NCBI GenBank assembly: GCA_013416795.1
Contig: RQSC01000518.1
Coordinates: 162,533 to 226,532 of the forward strand
From: Prasinococcaceae sp. CCMP 1430
Lineage: Eukaryota; Plantae; Prasinodermophyta
Reading direction: 5' to 3'
DNA length: 64,000 nucleotides
The translations under genes were made by a program, and so were the position numbers. The notes below the pieces were generated by a model that saw only the letters and a program-made list of their open reading frames with translations, did no database searches and had not been told where the DNA came from. Below, piece after piece: positions 53,085 to 63,117 of this stretch. How positions within the stretch are numbered: the first letter of the stretch is position 1; the number at the start of each line of letters is the position of its first letter.

Positions 53085-53390
53085 TCAATCTCGCAAAAGG
53101 TTCATGTACTCTCCTCCAATAGTTCCCATCAATCGATAGTACACCACAAGGATTGCAAGGCCAATCGCTGATTCTGCGGCAGCGACAGTCAAGACAAAGA
53201 AAGCAAAGACTTGACCTTCGACGTCATGAAGAAGGGAAGAAAGAGAAAGGAGTTGCAAATTGACTGCAAGAAGGATCAATTCAAGACAGAGAAGAACCAA
53301 AAGAATGGACTTTCGATTGAAAACAACCCCCATAACACCGATAACAAAAAAACAAAGGGCAAGGTTCAATGCAAAAACCGGATGAAGCAT
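53085..53390 (-). CDS. nad4L: NADH dehydrogenase subunit 4L
   Basis: NRKSILLVLLCLELILLAVN, GQVFAFFVLTVAAAESAIGLAILV. Confidence 0.97.
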   Translation of the reverse strand: MLHPVFALNLALCFFVIGVMGVVFNRKSILLVLLCLELILLAVNLQLLSLSSLLHDVEGQVFAFFVLTVAAAESAIGLAILVVYYRLMGTIGGEYMNLLRD

Positions 53391-53418
53391 AGAAGAAAAA
53401 AATGGAAAAAGAAAGAAA

Positions 53419-54072
53419 TCAGACCAACGGAGAGGGTCCAGTGTACGCAGCCCAATCCATATACACACAAAGGCCCTCGACACTTGGGACGAGAAGGCCC
53501 AGCAAAAGAAGGCGAAAACACCAGGTCAATCCTTCTCGCAAAGGACGTTGTTGAATACTCATATAATCCAAAGCGATTCCTGTGAAGGATTGTTCCAAAT
53601 GAAGGGCCAAAAGAGGGTAGACCAAAAGAAAGAGCATTCCAACCAAAGGGCCAAACTTGAATCCAACAAGCCAATACAGTCCAAAAAAGAGAACCATCAA
53701 GGTCCACCCAACAAGGCCTGTCTTCGCTTGGGTATGCATCCGATCAATTTGGCGGATTTCCCCTGGGTGGGTTGAGAGAGAAGAAGAAACCAACACAAGA
53801 CCTTGGTGTGGAAGGGCCCACCAAAGAAGAAGGGCTTCAAGATAAGGAACAACCAGGGTTGGATCAAGGGTTTTGGGTTGGGCAAGAAAAAACATGTACA
53901 GGTTGACCAAGAAAATGGGAACGCTTGAGGCAACCACCGTTCGATGCGCAAGATTCCACCACTGGCTCCGAAGGTAGGACCCATACATAAAGAGAGGACG
54001 CCAAACACTCAGTTGAGAAGATGCAACACTCTCTCGATAGGGAAGAAAAACTGGACGTAGAAAATGAGACAT
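53419..54072 (-). CDS. sdh4: Hydrophobic 217-aa ORF, probable enlarged succinate dehydrogenase subunit 4
   Basis: Directly downstream of sdh3; WNLAHRTVVASSVP resembles W..QR.TA..L.P and LHLEQSFTGIALDYM resembles H...G...I..DY; mt-type codon usage. Confidence 0.55.
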   Translation of the reverse strand: MSHFLRPVFLPYRESVASSQLSVWRPLFMYGSYLRSQWWNLAHRTVVASSVPIFLVNLYMFFLAQPKTLDPTLVVPYLEALLLWWALPHQGLVLVSSSLSTHPGEIRQIDRMHTQAKTGLVGWTLMVLFFGLYWLVGFKFGPLVGMLFLLVYPLLALHLEQSFTGIALDYMSIQQRPLREGLTWCFRLLLLGLLVPSVEGLCVYMDWAAYTGPSPLV

Positions 54073-54094
54073 AGAAAAAAGAAAGAAAAAACCT

Positions 54095-54667
54095 TCAGTG
54101 AGACTTTCGATCAAAGGCTGGGCCAAGGTCGTCCTGAACCATACATCCAGCATAGTCTGCATAGGCGTCTGAAAGTTCAAGAAGAAAGTCCAACCAGGTT
54201 CCAATCCCCACACCAAGACCAAAAAGAAAAAGACCAACACAGAGAATATACTGGGTTTTCCAAAAGTCTGGACTAAACTGGTAGGGAGTATTGAGGTACC
54301 AGTCCTCCATAAGAGAGTCGACCAGTGGGTGAATACAATGGTAGACACAAAGGGTCCAGAGAAGGAAAACAAAGAAAGTCCCGCATACAAGACTCCCTTG
54401 GGTTGAAAGATCAAAGGAAGAAGAAAGGGTTTGAAGACTTGTACTCTCTCGAAGACTTTCCAACCCAAAAAGAAGAGGGTTCAAAGAGGATTGAAGAACA
54501 TTCGGAAGGGTCGCCCATCCAGTACTGAGAAAAAGAGGTGCCAATCCACCGTAAAGAAAGGGAAGAAGAAGAATCACTCCCGAAATACGCATGGAAATTG
54601 AAAGAACAGACCCACGTTGGGGACTGTACACAGTAAGGTGAGGAGACAAAGGTCGTTGAAGCTTCAT
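54095..54667 (-). CDS. sdh3: Succinate dehydrogenase subunit 3
   Basis: N-terminal RPLSPHLTVY...SISMRISG and YHCIH, diagnostic of SdhC. Confidence 0.9.
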   Translation of the reverse strand: MKLQRPLSPHLTVYSPQRGSVLSISMRISGVILLLPFLYGGLAPLFLSTGWATLPNVLQSSLNPLLFGLESLRESTSLQTLSSSFDLSTQGSLVCGTFFVFLLWTLCVYHCIHPLVDSLMEDWYLNTPYQFSPDFWKTQYILCVGLFLFGLGVGIGTWLDFLLELSDAYADYAGCMVQDDLGPAFDRKSH

Positions 54668-54725
54668 ACAAAGAAAAAACGAAAAAAGGCTGACCGCCTA
54701 TAGGGAAAGAAAGGGTCTTCTGGGT

Positions 54726-54798
54726 TCAGAGTGACAGGACTCGAACCTGCGACCACTCGGTCCCAAACCGAGCACGCTACCAACTGCGCCACACTCTG
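54726..54798 (-). tRNA. trnP: tRNA-Pro(UGG)
   Basis: Cloverleaf; ctcgg-ttTGGga-ccgag. Confidence 0.93.
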
Positions 54799-54836
54799 AA
54801 AACACATTGGTTTCCCAAGAAGGAGGTAAGACATTC

Positions 54837-54908
54837 GCGGGCATAGATCAAGGGCTAGATTATCAGCCTTCCAAGCTGAAGATATGGGTTCGAATCCCAT
54901 TGCCCGTA
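54837..54908 (+). tRNA. trnG: tRNA-Gly(UCC)
   Basis: Cloverleaf; tcagc-ctTCCaa-gctga. Confidence 0.92.
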
Positions 54909-54995
54909 GACTCCTTTCATTTTCACACCCACTCTTCTTTCTTTTTGAGTTTCTTTAAACACTCAAAAAAGGTCAAAAACTGAAGAAAAAACCTT

Positions 54996-55081
54996 GCTTT
55001 CCTGGTGGAATTGGTAGACACGGTAGATTCAAACTCTGCTCCCAAGTCTTTGGGGTATCGGTTCGACTCCGATGGGAAGCA
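54996..55081 (+). tRNA. trnL: tRNA-Leu(CAA)
   Basis: Cloverleaf with long variable arm; gtaga-ttCAAac-tctgc. Confidence 0.92.
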
Positions 55082-55175
55082 CTTCTCTCTCAAAAATCCT
55101 TCGATTCTTTTTTCTTGAAACCGAGTCAAAAGACTCTTTTTTTCTTTCTTTGGATCTTTACATTTTTTTTCTTCT

Positions 55176-56126
55176 ATGACTCTTCCTTACCCTCGTTTGC
55201 GAACCCTTCGATCTCGATCTGCTCCTGTCTTCCACACAAAAAAGCTTTCTGCAAAACTTGCACGGTTGGTTGAAAGTAAGCGTCTCGGTCGCCCACAACC
55301 ATCCTTTCGAAAGCTCTCTTGGTATAAAGAGCGACTTCAAGCACGTCAAAATGTTCGAGCCTTTTACGGGTGGATGCCAGCAACCTCTCTTGGTCGATTG
55401 ATGAAAAAGGCCCGAGCACATCGACCAACCGCAGGGCCTACCTTTCTTCAAAGTCTTGAACGAATGGCCTTCATGGTTGTATATCGAGCTGGGTTTGCTC
55501 CAACACCTCGAAGTGCGCGCACCCAAGTTCGTCAGGGGTGGTATACTTTGAATGGAAAGGTATTGACCGCTGCGACCCGTATGCTTGATCTTGGGGATAC
55601 CCTCCTTCTTCAGTCCTCCTATCATTCTGCAGCCCACGCCCACCTTCAGTGTACAAAGTATACACATACGACACAGTGGAAGGAGACCGAAAAGTCCGGC
55701 TTTCATACTGGGCTTCAACTCAGTCTTCTTGGAAATGGAGACGGAATGGTGGACCCTTCCTCTTTGGTGTGGCGTCTTCGAATGCTCAGTCTTCAAAAAA
55801 GTACACACCTTTCTTCCGGAAAGAAAGAAGGGTTTTCTCGTCTCCATACTGAAATTGGTCTTCATCAGACCTTTGTTTTGAAAGGAGATACAAGTCTTCT
55901 TCATGACAGCTGGGCTTCTCTCAAAAATCAGTCAAGCTTTTCTCCTCTTTGGTCAAAAAAAGATCGATCAACTGTTGAAAAAATCCTTCCAGGCCGATAC
56001 CTTTCAGGCCACTTGGAAACCAATCCTCGGATTTTTGGACTGACCTTGGTAAGTCCACCATCTCATTTGGTCTACCCAATGAAAGTAAACGAACGAACAT
56101 TGGATCGACTCTATCACAGAAAGTGA
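55176..56126 (+). CDS. rps4: Ribosomal protein S4 (316 aa, internal expansion)
   Basis: YKERLQARQNVRAFYG, FLQSLERMA...VYRAGFA...ARTQVRQGW..LNG (S4 domain). Confidence 0.9.
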   Translation: MTLPYPRLRTLRSRSAPVFHTKKLSAKLARLVESKRLGRPQPSFRKLSWYKERLQARQNVRAFYGWMPATSLGRLMKKARAHRPTAGPTFLQSLERMAFMVVYRAGFAPTPRSARTQVRQGWYTLNGKVLTAATRMLDLGDTLLLQSSYHSAAHAHLQCTKYTHTTQWKETEKSGFHTGLQLSLLGNGDGMVDPSSLVWRLRMLSLQKSTHLSSGKKEGFSRLHTEIGLHQTFVLKGDTSLLHDSWASLKNQSSFSPLWSKKDRSTVEKILPGRYLSGHLETNPRIFGLTLVSPPSHLVYPMKVNERTLDRLYHRK

Positions 56127-56190
56127 AAGATTCTTCAGTTTTCTTTTTTCACACTTTCAAAACCATTCTTTGTCTATAAAAAAATCTTTT

Positions 56191-56961
56191 ATGTCTTTGT
56201 CTCTTCTTCATGCGAAAGAGAGTTTTTCACGATTGGGATGGGCAGGGTGCACCTTTGGAACAAGTCTTTGGTGTGGAACCTTCTATGTGCATGACTTTGT
56301 TGACAGTCTTTTGCTCTTTCCTTCTTTGAGCGGGACTTCTTTTGGGTTTACTGCCCACGCACCAACTGACCTTTTTGAAGTTCTTTTCCGAGTCCTTTTT
56401 TTCTCAACTTTGTGCACCTGCCTTCCAACTCTGATCTGCTTTTTTCTTGAAGCCGCTCACCCTGGGTTGGATCAAAGTGAAACTTGGACTCTTCATTCCT
56501 TTCTTTTTTTCTTTGTTTTTGGGTTTCTTTTTCTTCTTTGGGTGGGAAAAATCCTTCTTTTGAGTACAATCTCTGGATTGGTTTTTTTGTATGGAGTGGA
56601 CCAGAACCATCAAGACATACATACAGGTCTCCTTCCCCTTCTTCGAGGACTTGGGTGGATCCGTTTTCTCACGCACACCCTTTCTTTGGGCTTTTTCATC
56701 TTTCTTCTTTGTGTGTGTCTTCCCTTTCTTTTGAAAAAAACAGGATACACAGTGATTGATGGAAAGAGTCTTCGAAAACTTTGGGCACTTGGAACCCTTG
56801 GATGTTTGAGTTTGGCTCTCCCAACCCCAGACGTTTTTCTCGGTCTTTTGGGAATCTGGATAGGCTTTCTCTTTCTCTTTGAAATCAGTCTGGGTTTTCT
56901 TTTGTACACACAGATCCGTCAGACTGTCCGAAAGACTTTCTCTTTCCAAGAAAGTAGTTTA
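56191..56961 (+). CDS. tatC: Twin-arginine translocase TatC (mttB); ends at TTA 56959-56961 if UUA is stop, otherwise TGA at 57003
   Basis: LHAKE...R, FTAHAPTDLF, PGLDQSE, LPTPDV, FLFEIS pattern; about 6 TM segments. Confidence 0.85.
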
Positions 56962-56996
56962 TTTATATATTTTTTATATAAGTGGGTTTCTTCTTT

Positions 56997-57079
56997 CGGA
57001 TGAAGAGGGATTCGAACCCCCGATACTTCCGTATGTCAGTTTTCAAAACTGATGCCTTCGACCACTCGGCCATTCATCC
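56997..57079 (-). tRNA. trnS: tRNA-Ser(UGA)
   Basis: Cloverleaf; tcagt-ttTGAaa-actga. Confidence 0.93.
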
Positions 57080-57088
57080 AAATCAAGG

Positions 57089-57160
57089 TGGGTTCAGTAG
57101 GACTCGAACCTACGGCCTGTCGGTTAAAAGCCGATTGCTCTCCCACTGAGCTATGAACCC
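57089..57160 (-). tRNA. trnK: tRNA-Lys(UUU)
   Basis: Cloverleaf; loop ctTTTaa. Confidence 0.92.
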
Positions 57161-57235
57161 TCAATAAGAGTACAATCTTTCTTTGAAGAAAGGATGGTTT
57201 TGCTTGTATGTGTACAAAAAAGAAGGAAGAAAAAC

Positions 57236-57317
57236 TACGAATAGAGGGACTCGAACCCCCAAGGCGCAAGCCACTGGTTCCTAAAACCAGCGTGTCTACC
57301 GATTTCACCATATTCGC
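57236..57317 (-). tRNA. trnL: tRNA-Leu(UAG)
   Basis: Cloverleaf; ctggt-ttTAGga-accag. Confidence 0.93.
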
Positions 57318-57369
57318 ATCCGGAAACTCCGGTGTCTTTGTACAAAGACAGATCCATCTTCTGAAGAAA

Positions 57370-57600
<231 letters not shown>

Positions 57601-57787
57601 TCAAAAAAAAGGTCAAGAAAGTCTCCTTCCTTAGGAAACGCCGTACAGAAAGGGTAGAGGGTTTCTTTTCACACGAATACAAAAAAAAAGAAGAAAGACT
57701 TCTTTTCAAAAAATCATTTTTTCTCTATTAGGCGGTTACAAAAGAAAAAACCTTCTTTTCAAATCTTTCTGTTTTTTACCTTGGTTT

Positions 57788-58687
57788 TCACATTCCAAGT
57801 CGAAGAGGTCGAACCTTGGTTTTTCGCCGCTTTCGTCGTTGAGCGGGAAGACGACATCCATTATGGGGTGTTTTCTTGACAAAAAGGGTTCCAACCTTTT
57901 TAAAAGTCGGATGACTTCCTTCCTTTCGGGAAGCCTTCCAATGACGTTGAACAACCTTCATAATCCCTGCTTGGGCTGCAGACCCAGATCGACCCGAACC
58001 AGAGAGAACCAAAAGGAAGGATTTCATTCCACCTTGAAAGGCTTCCTTGGCCATTTTCATTCCAAGAGCAAAGGCTGGGTGTGTCAGTCGTTGTTTTTGG
58101 ATGAACCCAAGACTTCCAGTTGATGCATGGGAAAAGGATCGCCCCCAAATGTCGGTAATTCCAAGAAAACAGTTATTATAGACGGTTGTCACATGGAGAC
58201 ACCCATACGCAGGAAACCGGGTTTTTTGGTCCGGATAAAAGCGAGCGTGAAACCGGGCTTGTTCTTTATGCAAAAGATAGGTTTTTTTTCCTTCCTGTCC
58301 TTCCAAAGTAGGAAGGTTTTCTGAAAACTGAGGGTTTTGAACTCGAGCTTGTGCACTCAGAAGGATTGGAAAAACATCCTTCTTTCCCTCTGCCAAACTT
58401 TGGTTTTTCTCCGAAACAGAACCAAGAAGATTCACAGACTCTGTGTACAAGGTTTGAAGATTGGTTTGGTAGGAAGTATATGGTTTCTGGAAAGAAACCC
58501 CATACCAAGAATTCAAACGAGAGGAAGAAAGACTTCCTGAGGGTGACCATCGACGACGAAGCAAAAATCGGCGAGCCTTTTTCGCTCGGAGCCGGAGACT
58601 TTGAAAAGCAAAGAATCGAAGGTTTGCATGGTTCGAACCCTGGGCTTGGAATTTTTTTTGAAAGGATAGGTCTGAAGAAAAAGACAT
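57788..58687 (-). CDS. rps11: Ribosomal protein S11 with long N-terminal extension (299 aa)
   Basis: C-terminal S11 core: LHVTTVYNNCFLGITD, ASTGSLGF, TPHNGCRLP..RR. Confidence 0.88.
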   Translation of the reverse strand: MSFSSDLSFQKKFQAQGSNHANLRFFAFQSLRLRAKKARRFLLRRRWSPSGSLSSSRLNSWYGVSFQKPYTSYQTNLQTLYTESVNLLGSVSEKNQSLAEGKKDVFPILLSAQARVQNPQFSENLPTLEGQEGKKTYLLHKEQARFHARFYPDQKTRFPAYGCLHVTTVYNNCFLGITDIWGRSFSHASTGSLGFIQKQRLTHPAFALGMKMAKEAFQGGMKSFLLVLSGSGRSGSAAQAGIMKVVQRHWKASRKEGSHPTFKKVGTLFVKKTPHNGCRLPAQRRKRRKTKVRPLRLGM

Positions 58688-58722
58688 GAAAGAAAAAAAT
58701 CAAAAACAAAGAGAAAAAACCT

Positions 58723-59103
58723 TTATTTACTCACTTTTTTTCGAAAAAGATTTGTTTTCCGAAAGGTTCGAGCATTTGATCGTGTTCGTTGACCACGACA
58801 GGGAAGCCCACTTCGGTGTCGAAATCCTCGATATGAGGAGGTTTCCACAAGAGTTTGAAGGTTTTTAAAATGGGCCCGCTTCAAAGCATAGGCCCCCGGA
58901 TAGAGTGCTTCTCCAAGGGCTGTCAATTGCATGGAATGTTCTTTGGAAAGTGCAGACAAAGGGAGGGTTGGAAGAACACCGAGAACTGCACAATATTTTT
59001 GTACACTTTGATGGCCGATCCCATAAAGAGATCGAAGGGCATGGTCAAGAGAGGTTGAAGAGGGAAAAGACTGGCCCAAAAGATTTGTTGTAGGTGTTGG
59101 CAT
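58723..59103 (-). CDS. rps13: Ribosomal protein S13
   Basis: ALRSLYGIG, SYRGFRHRSGLPCRGQRTRSNART. Confidence 0.96.
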   Translation of the reverse strand: MPTPTTNLLGQSFPSSTSLDHALRSLYGIGHQSVQKYCAVLGVLPTLPLSALSKEHSMQLTALGEALYPGAYALKRAHFKNLQTLVETSSYRGFRHRSGLPCRGQRTRSNARTFRKTNLFRKKVSK

Positions 59104-59185
59104 ACAGCGAAAAAAGAAAGACTCACCTTTCCATAAAAGGAAAGAATTTTTTTGAAAGTTTTTTAAAGTGTAGAAAGAAAGAGAA

Positions 59186-59674
59186 TTATTTCTTTTTCCC
59201 TTCACGAAGGGTATACAAAACGCCTTCAACACGAACACCCTTTGCTTTATAAGGATCGGGTCGACGAAGGTCCCGAAGGTGAGCGCCCACAGATCCAACA
59301 ATACCTGGGTGAAGACCATACAAAACAAGGGTTGTTGGACTTTCAATATGAAGCATCCAATCTTCTCCATGGGGAAGAAGAGTATCGTGAGAGTATCCAA
59401 CCTTTACCCGAGTCGAACAAGGGGTTTGATCAGCTTTAAACCCAGTTCCAACAAGGTCAAAGGCTTTTCGACTTCCAACCTGAAGATGGTGAATGCTTGT
59501 TTCAAGAACACGAAGGCTTCGTGGATTGGTACACAAAAGGTTTCGCCCAGAAAGTGTAATCTCTCCTTCACAATCGACAAGAAGGGACCCGAGAGGTCCA
59601 GTGAGAAGACCATGGTGAGATCCAAACATATGAAGGCTTACATCAGGCGGAAGACTAAACACAAAGGGAGGCAT
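59186..59674 (-). CDS. rpl6: Ribosomal protein L6
   Basis: GPLG, LVGTGFKA, VGYSHD, LRRPDPYKAKGV. Confidence 0.93.
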   Translation of the reverse strand: MPPFVFSLPPDVSLHMFGSHHGLLTGPLGSLLVDCEGEITLSGRNLLCTNPRSLRVLETSIHHLQVGSRKAFDLVGTGFKADQTPCSTRVKVGYSHDTLLPHGEDWMLHIESPTTLVLYGLHPGIVGSVGAHLRDLRRPDPYKAKGVRVEGVLYTLREGKKK

Positions 59675-59828
59675 ACGAAAGACGAAGGGTTCTCTTTGTC
59701 GGTCAGACAAAGGAGGAAAAAGAGGTCTACAAAGAATGTGTAAAAGAAAGAAAGGTTTTTTCTCTCATGCAAAAAAACAAAAATATATGAAGGTCAGAAT
59801 CAAAGACCTTTCAAAGAAGAAAAGAATC

Positions 59829-60224
59829 TTATGATCCATTCACTTCAAGAAGGTGCTCCCCTCCTAGGTTCAAGATCCAAGCTTCTGTATGTGAAAGAAT
59901 CCCCTGGTCAGTCGAAAGAACCTTCAGATTCCAATAGGGTGTTCCCTGATCGAGTTGGCGTGCTCGAAGGTACACTCGTTTTTGGGATTTAGAGATCCGA
60001 CGAATAGTACGCAGAGCAGGTTTCCCATCCACATATCGAAGGGTTGCCACACAAAGGTTTTTTTCAAGGATCCACCCATGAAGAAGACCATGAGAGGAAA
60101 GAAGACTGAGGATTGCAGAATTTTGAGCAGTGTGCGGAAGAGAGACCTTTGTTTGTTTCAAGGTTGCTCCTGTGCTCAGTGCGGTGACAAGAGCATCCAA
60201 AGGTTGGTGTCCAAAGTACTTCAT
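59829..60224 (-). CDS. rps8: Ribosomal protein S8
   Basis: LRYVDGKP..RTIRRISK...RVY, VLSTDQGILSH.EA...LGGE.L. Confidence 0.93.
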   Translation of the reverse strand: MKYFGHQPLDALVTALSTGATLKQTKVSLPHTAQNSAILSLLSSHGLLHGWILEKNLCVATLRYVDGKPALRTIRRISKSQKRVYLRARQLDQGTPYWNLKVLSTDQGILSHTEAWILNLGGEHLLEVNGS

Positions 60225-60323
60225 AAAGAGAAAAGAGAGTCTGCTTCTTTGAGGGTTCAGACGAAAAAAAAAGAAAAATATGAAAAAGAAGAAAGAAAGA
60301 TCAACCCAAGAAAAAGGTCTCAC

Positions 60324-60665
60324 TCAGTTTCGCTTCAAGAACCCTGGAATCTGGCCACGATTGGCAAGGCGACGAAGGCTGTGTCGACTCAACCGAGTTT
60401 TTGAAAAAACTCCACGTCCTCGACCCGTGAGTGTACATCGGTTTCGCACACGGGTTGCTGAAGTGTTGCGATCCAGAGAAGCAAGGTAAAGGCCAACCCC
60501 GTATCGATAGTCCGCTGGAAGACGAAGGTTCTTCATCAAAGACCGGAGAAGTCGACGGAAGAACCCCTGTGTACGAACCTTTTCTCGACGAAGACGGTCA
60601 GTGGTGACCTTTCCTTTTCCCGGAAGTCGAGCAATTTCATAGAGATGAAAGCCTTTGAGTGCCAT
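60324..60665 (-). CDS. rps14: Ribosomal protein S14
   Basis: [20 protein letters not shown]...[13 protein letters not shown]. Confidence 0.95.
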   Translation of the reverse strand: MALKGFHLYEIARLPGKGKVTTDRLRREKVRTQGFFRRLLRSLMKNLRLPADYRYGVGLYLASLDRNTSATRVRNRCTLTGRGRGVFSKTRLSRHSLRRLANRGQIPGFLKRN

Positions 60666-60676
60666 AGTAGAAAAAA

Positions 60677-61303
60677 TAAAGCCGGAGATTCTTTGAAGAT
60701 TTTTGAAGGCTTTCTTTGAATGTACCTTTGAACAGCCTTCTCAGGAAGGAGAGGAAATTGACGTTCCGTCAAATATCGATACCCCTCTTCCTTTGTTGTT
60801 GTTGGTGTGTGAATACACACTTGAAGGTAAAACCCTTCTTCCAAAAGAGGTTTCAAAGGCTCGAGTTCTGGACAAGAGTCCAAAGAATTCAAAGTAAAAG
60901 AAAGGTCGCCCTGAAGGTTCAATCCCGAAAGAGGAATTCCCTGAAAGGTTGGGTCCAAAGGGAAAAAAGTGTGGATGCATCGGGAAAGAAAGCTTTCAGC
61001 ATACTCCCCCTTCAAAGAAAGTGTAAATCCAAGAAGGTCGTTTTTTCGAAGATGGAAAGAAGCATGATGATTTTCTGCTTGCGCACTTTCAGGGTAGATT
61101 CCTGTAAGAAAACTCATGAGTTTCAAAAAACGAATCCCTTTTTTTGGATCAGATGCCAAGGTTTTTTCTGTACAATGAAGAGAAACCTGGAGAGGGCCGG
61201 TCACCTTTCCAGTATTCAAAAGACTGTCGTACACGCACACAGTTTTTCCATGTGCATGAAGGCGAGACATCAAGGGGTAGGGTGTGTAGGCGTAGGGTGT
61301 CAT
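60677..61303 (-). CDS. rpl5: Ribosomal protein L5; ends at TTA 60679-60677 if UUA is stop, otherwise runs to 60536 inside rps14
   Basis: LTGIYP...A...[12 protein letters not shown]...L.G..AESFL; position between rpl14 and rps14. Confidence 0.85.
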
Positions 61304-61335
61304 AAAAAGCACAAAAAAAGAGAAGGTCAAATCTT

Positions 61336-61710
61336 TCACAAAATTCGGGGTGAAAGACTGAGAATTTTCGTATGTTCACGCCGAAGTTCAACTCCTGCTT
61401 GTGTATGAACTCGGGTGCCCAAAGGCCCGCCTTGAGCATTCAACAACACACAGGCGTTATACCCCTGGGTCACAGAACTTCCATCTGAACGTTGGGATGG
61501 TTTCAAAGTATTGACAATAACTGCCTTGTACATTGAACCAAGACGAACTTTAGGGTTCTGAATCTTTGGACTCAAAGACCGAACACTCACAAGAATGGTG
61601 GCACCCACGCTTCCATATCCCTTTGGTTGGACTCCATAGACTTTGAGACACCGAACCTTTCGGGCTCCAGAGTTATCAACAACGTGTAGTCGACTGCCTG
61701 TAATGATCAT
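61336..61710 (-). CDS. rpl14: Ribosomal protein L14
   Basis: MII.GSRL.VVDNSGARKVRCL, SVG..I.VSV, RSDGS, N.CVLLN...P.GTRV. Confidence 0.96.
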   Translation of the reverse strand: MIITGSRLHVVDNSGARKVRCLKVYGVQPKGYGSVGATILVSVRSLSPKIQNPKVRLGSMYKAVIVNTLKPSQRSDGSSVTQGYNACVLLNAQGGPLGTRVHTQAGVELRREHTKILSLSPRIL

Positions 61711-61751
61711 AAAGAGAAAAAAGAAAGGAAAAAAAGAAGGAAAAACCCAGG

Positions 61752-62192
61752 TCAGTTTTCCGTTCCCCACTCGGCTTTTTTCTGAGAACGATCAATAAAC
61801 CGAAGAGGGACTTTAAACTTTTCTGACAAAAGAGCACAGGCCTCCTGAGCTGCGGTCTTGGAAACCCGGCTCATTTCGAAAAGAACTTCTCCTTTTCGAA
61901 CACGAGCAATCCAATGATGAGGGTTCCCTTTTCCCTTTCCCATTCGTACTTCTTGGGGCTTTCGTGTGACAAGGACGTCTGGAAAGACTCGAATATAGAG
62001 TTTTCCTTGACGCTTCAAAGTTCGGGTAATCACACGACGGGCAGCTTCAAGGGAACGAGCTGGAAGTTTACAAGGGTGGAGTGCTTGAATCCCATAAATC
62101 CCAAACATCAAATCTCCTGTGGTTGCAGTTTTCTGAAAGCTTCCCTTCATTTTCTGATATTTTCGAAAGGGTGTTCGTTTTGGTTGAAGCAT
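61752..62192 (-). CDS. rpl16: Ribosomal protein L16
   Basis: MLQPKRT.FRKYQK, FGIYGIQAL, LEAARR, IRVFPD..VTRKPQEVRMGKGKG. Confidence 0.97.
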   Translation of the reverse strand: MLQPKRTPFRKYQKMKGSFQKTATTGDLMFGIYGIQALHPCKLPARSLEAARRVITRTLKRQGKLYIRVFPDVLVTRKPQEVRMGKGKGNPHHWIARVRKGEVLFEMSRVSKTAAQEACALLSEKFKVPLRFIDRSQKKAEWGTEN

Positions 62193-62409
62193 ACAAAAGA
62201 AAGAAAGGAAAAAGGAGGCAAAAGAAACCACACATACTTTCCCTCCATACGGGGAAAGGGTGAGAAAGGAAAAACCTTACGTACTAGAATGTTTCAAAAA
62301 AACCTTTCTTTCAAGAAAAAAATCTACAAAAGATTCTTTGGTGAGAAACAAAGTGGGAGGAAGGAAAGGAAGTCCAAAGAGAAGAGTCTACCTTTGATTC
62401 AAGGCTTTT

Positions 62410-63116
62410 TAAAAAGGGGTTTTTCTCTGTTGTATCCTTGGTTGGAGCAGTATGAATCCATACTTTTACCCCAATTGTTCCTCGTTTGGTATAGGCAAGA
62501 GACTGGCTATATCCAATCTGGGCAGACAAAGTACTCAAGGGTGTTGATCCAAACTTTTTGACAATGGTTTGTTTTTTCCCTCCACCCTGTTTTCCGAGGG
62601 GACCAGACACTCGAAGGCGGAGGCCAAGAATACGGTTTGAAAGAAGACTATCAGACCCGATCTGCCCTTTGAAACCTTCCTGAGAAAGGGAAGGTTGGGT
62701 TTTTGTGTACAAGGTCCCCAACCGACCTGTAATTGCACGAGGTGAAATTCGATGTTCAAAGGCAAGAGCGATTCCTTTCGAAAGAAGGTCAGGGTGGGCC
62801 AAAAGGTCTTTTGCTTTATGAAATCGAAGGTCCACACGTTGGCCACTATAGGCTTCCAACCCTTGAAGGAAGACCCGAAGAGAGGGACCCCCAGAAAGAC
62901 GACCAAAAGGTCGTCCAAGAACCCCACTTCCCTTTGTTTTTCGGACGGGGTTTTGAGAACTCTCCTTCTGAGGCGGGAAAAAAAAGGAAGTATGTTGAAG
63001 AAGGGTGGTTTTTTCAGAAAGGGAAGGGTTCAACCCTTTCCAAGTCGATCCAGAGAGAGTTTCAAGACCAGTGTTTTCCAAAGGTTTCAGACCATGGAAA
63101 ACCAAAGGTTTTTGAA
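62410..63116 (-). CDS. rps3: Ribosomal protein S3, C-terminal part only (5' cut at n 63117); ends at TTA 62412-62410 if UUA is stop, otherwise 62311
   Basis: ILGLRLRVSG, GSTPLSTLSAQIGYS...AYTKRGTIGVKVWI. Confidence 0.85.
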
Positions 63117-63117
63117 N

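Noticed and set aside
60536-60676. Genuine 130-nt rpl5/rps14 coding overlap
   Set aside because: The extension uses otherwise avoided codons (TTA, CTA CTA) and is better explained by termination at TTA.
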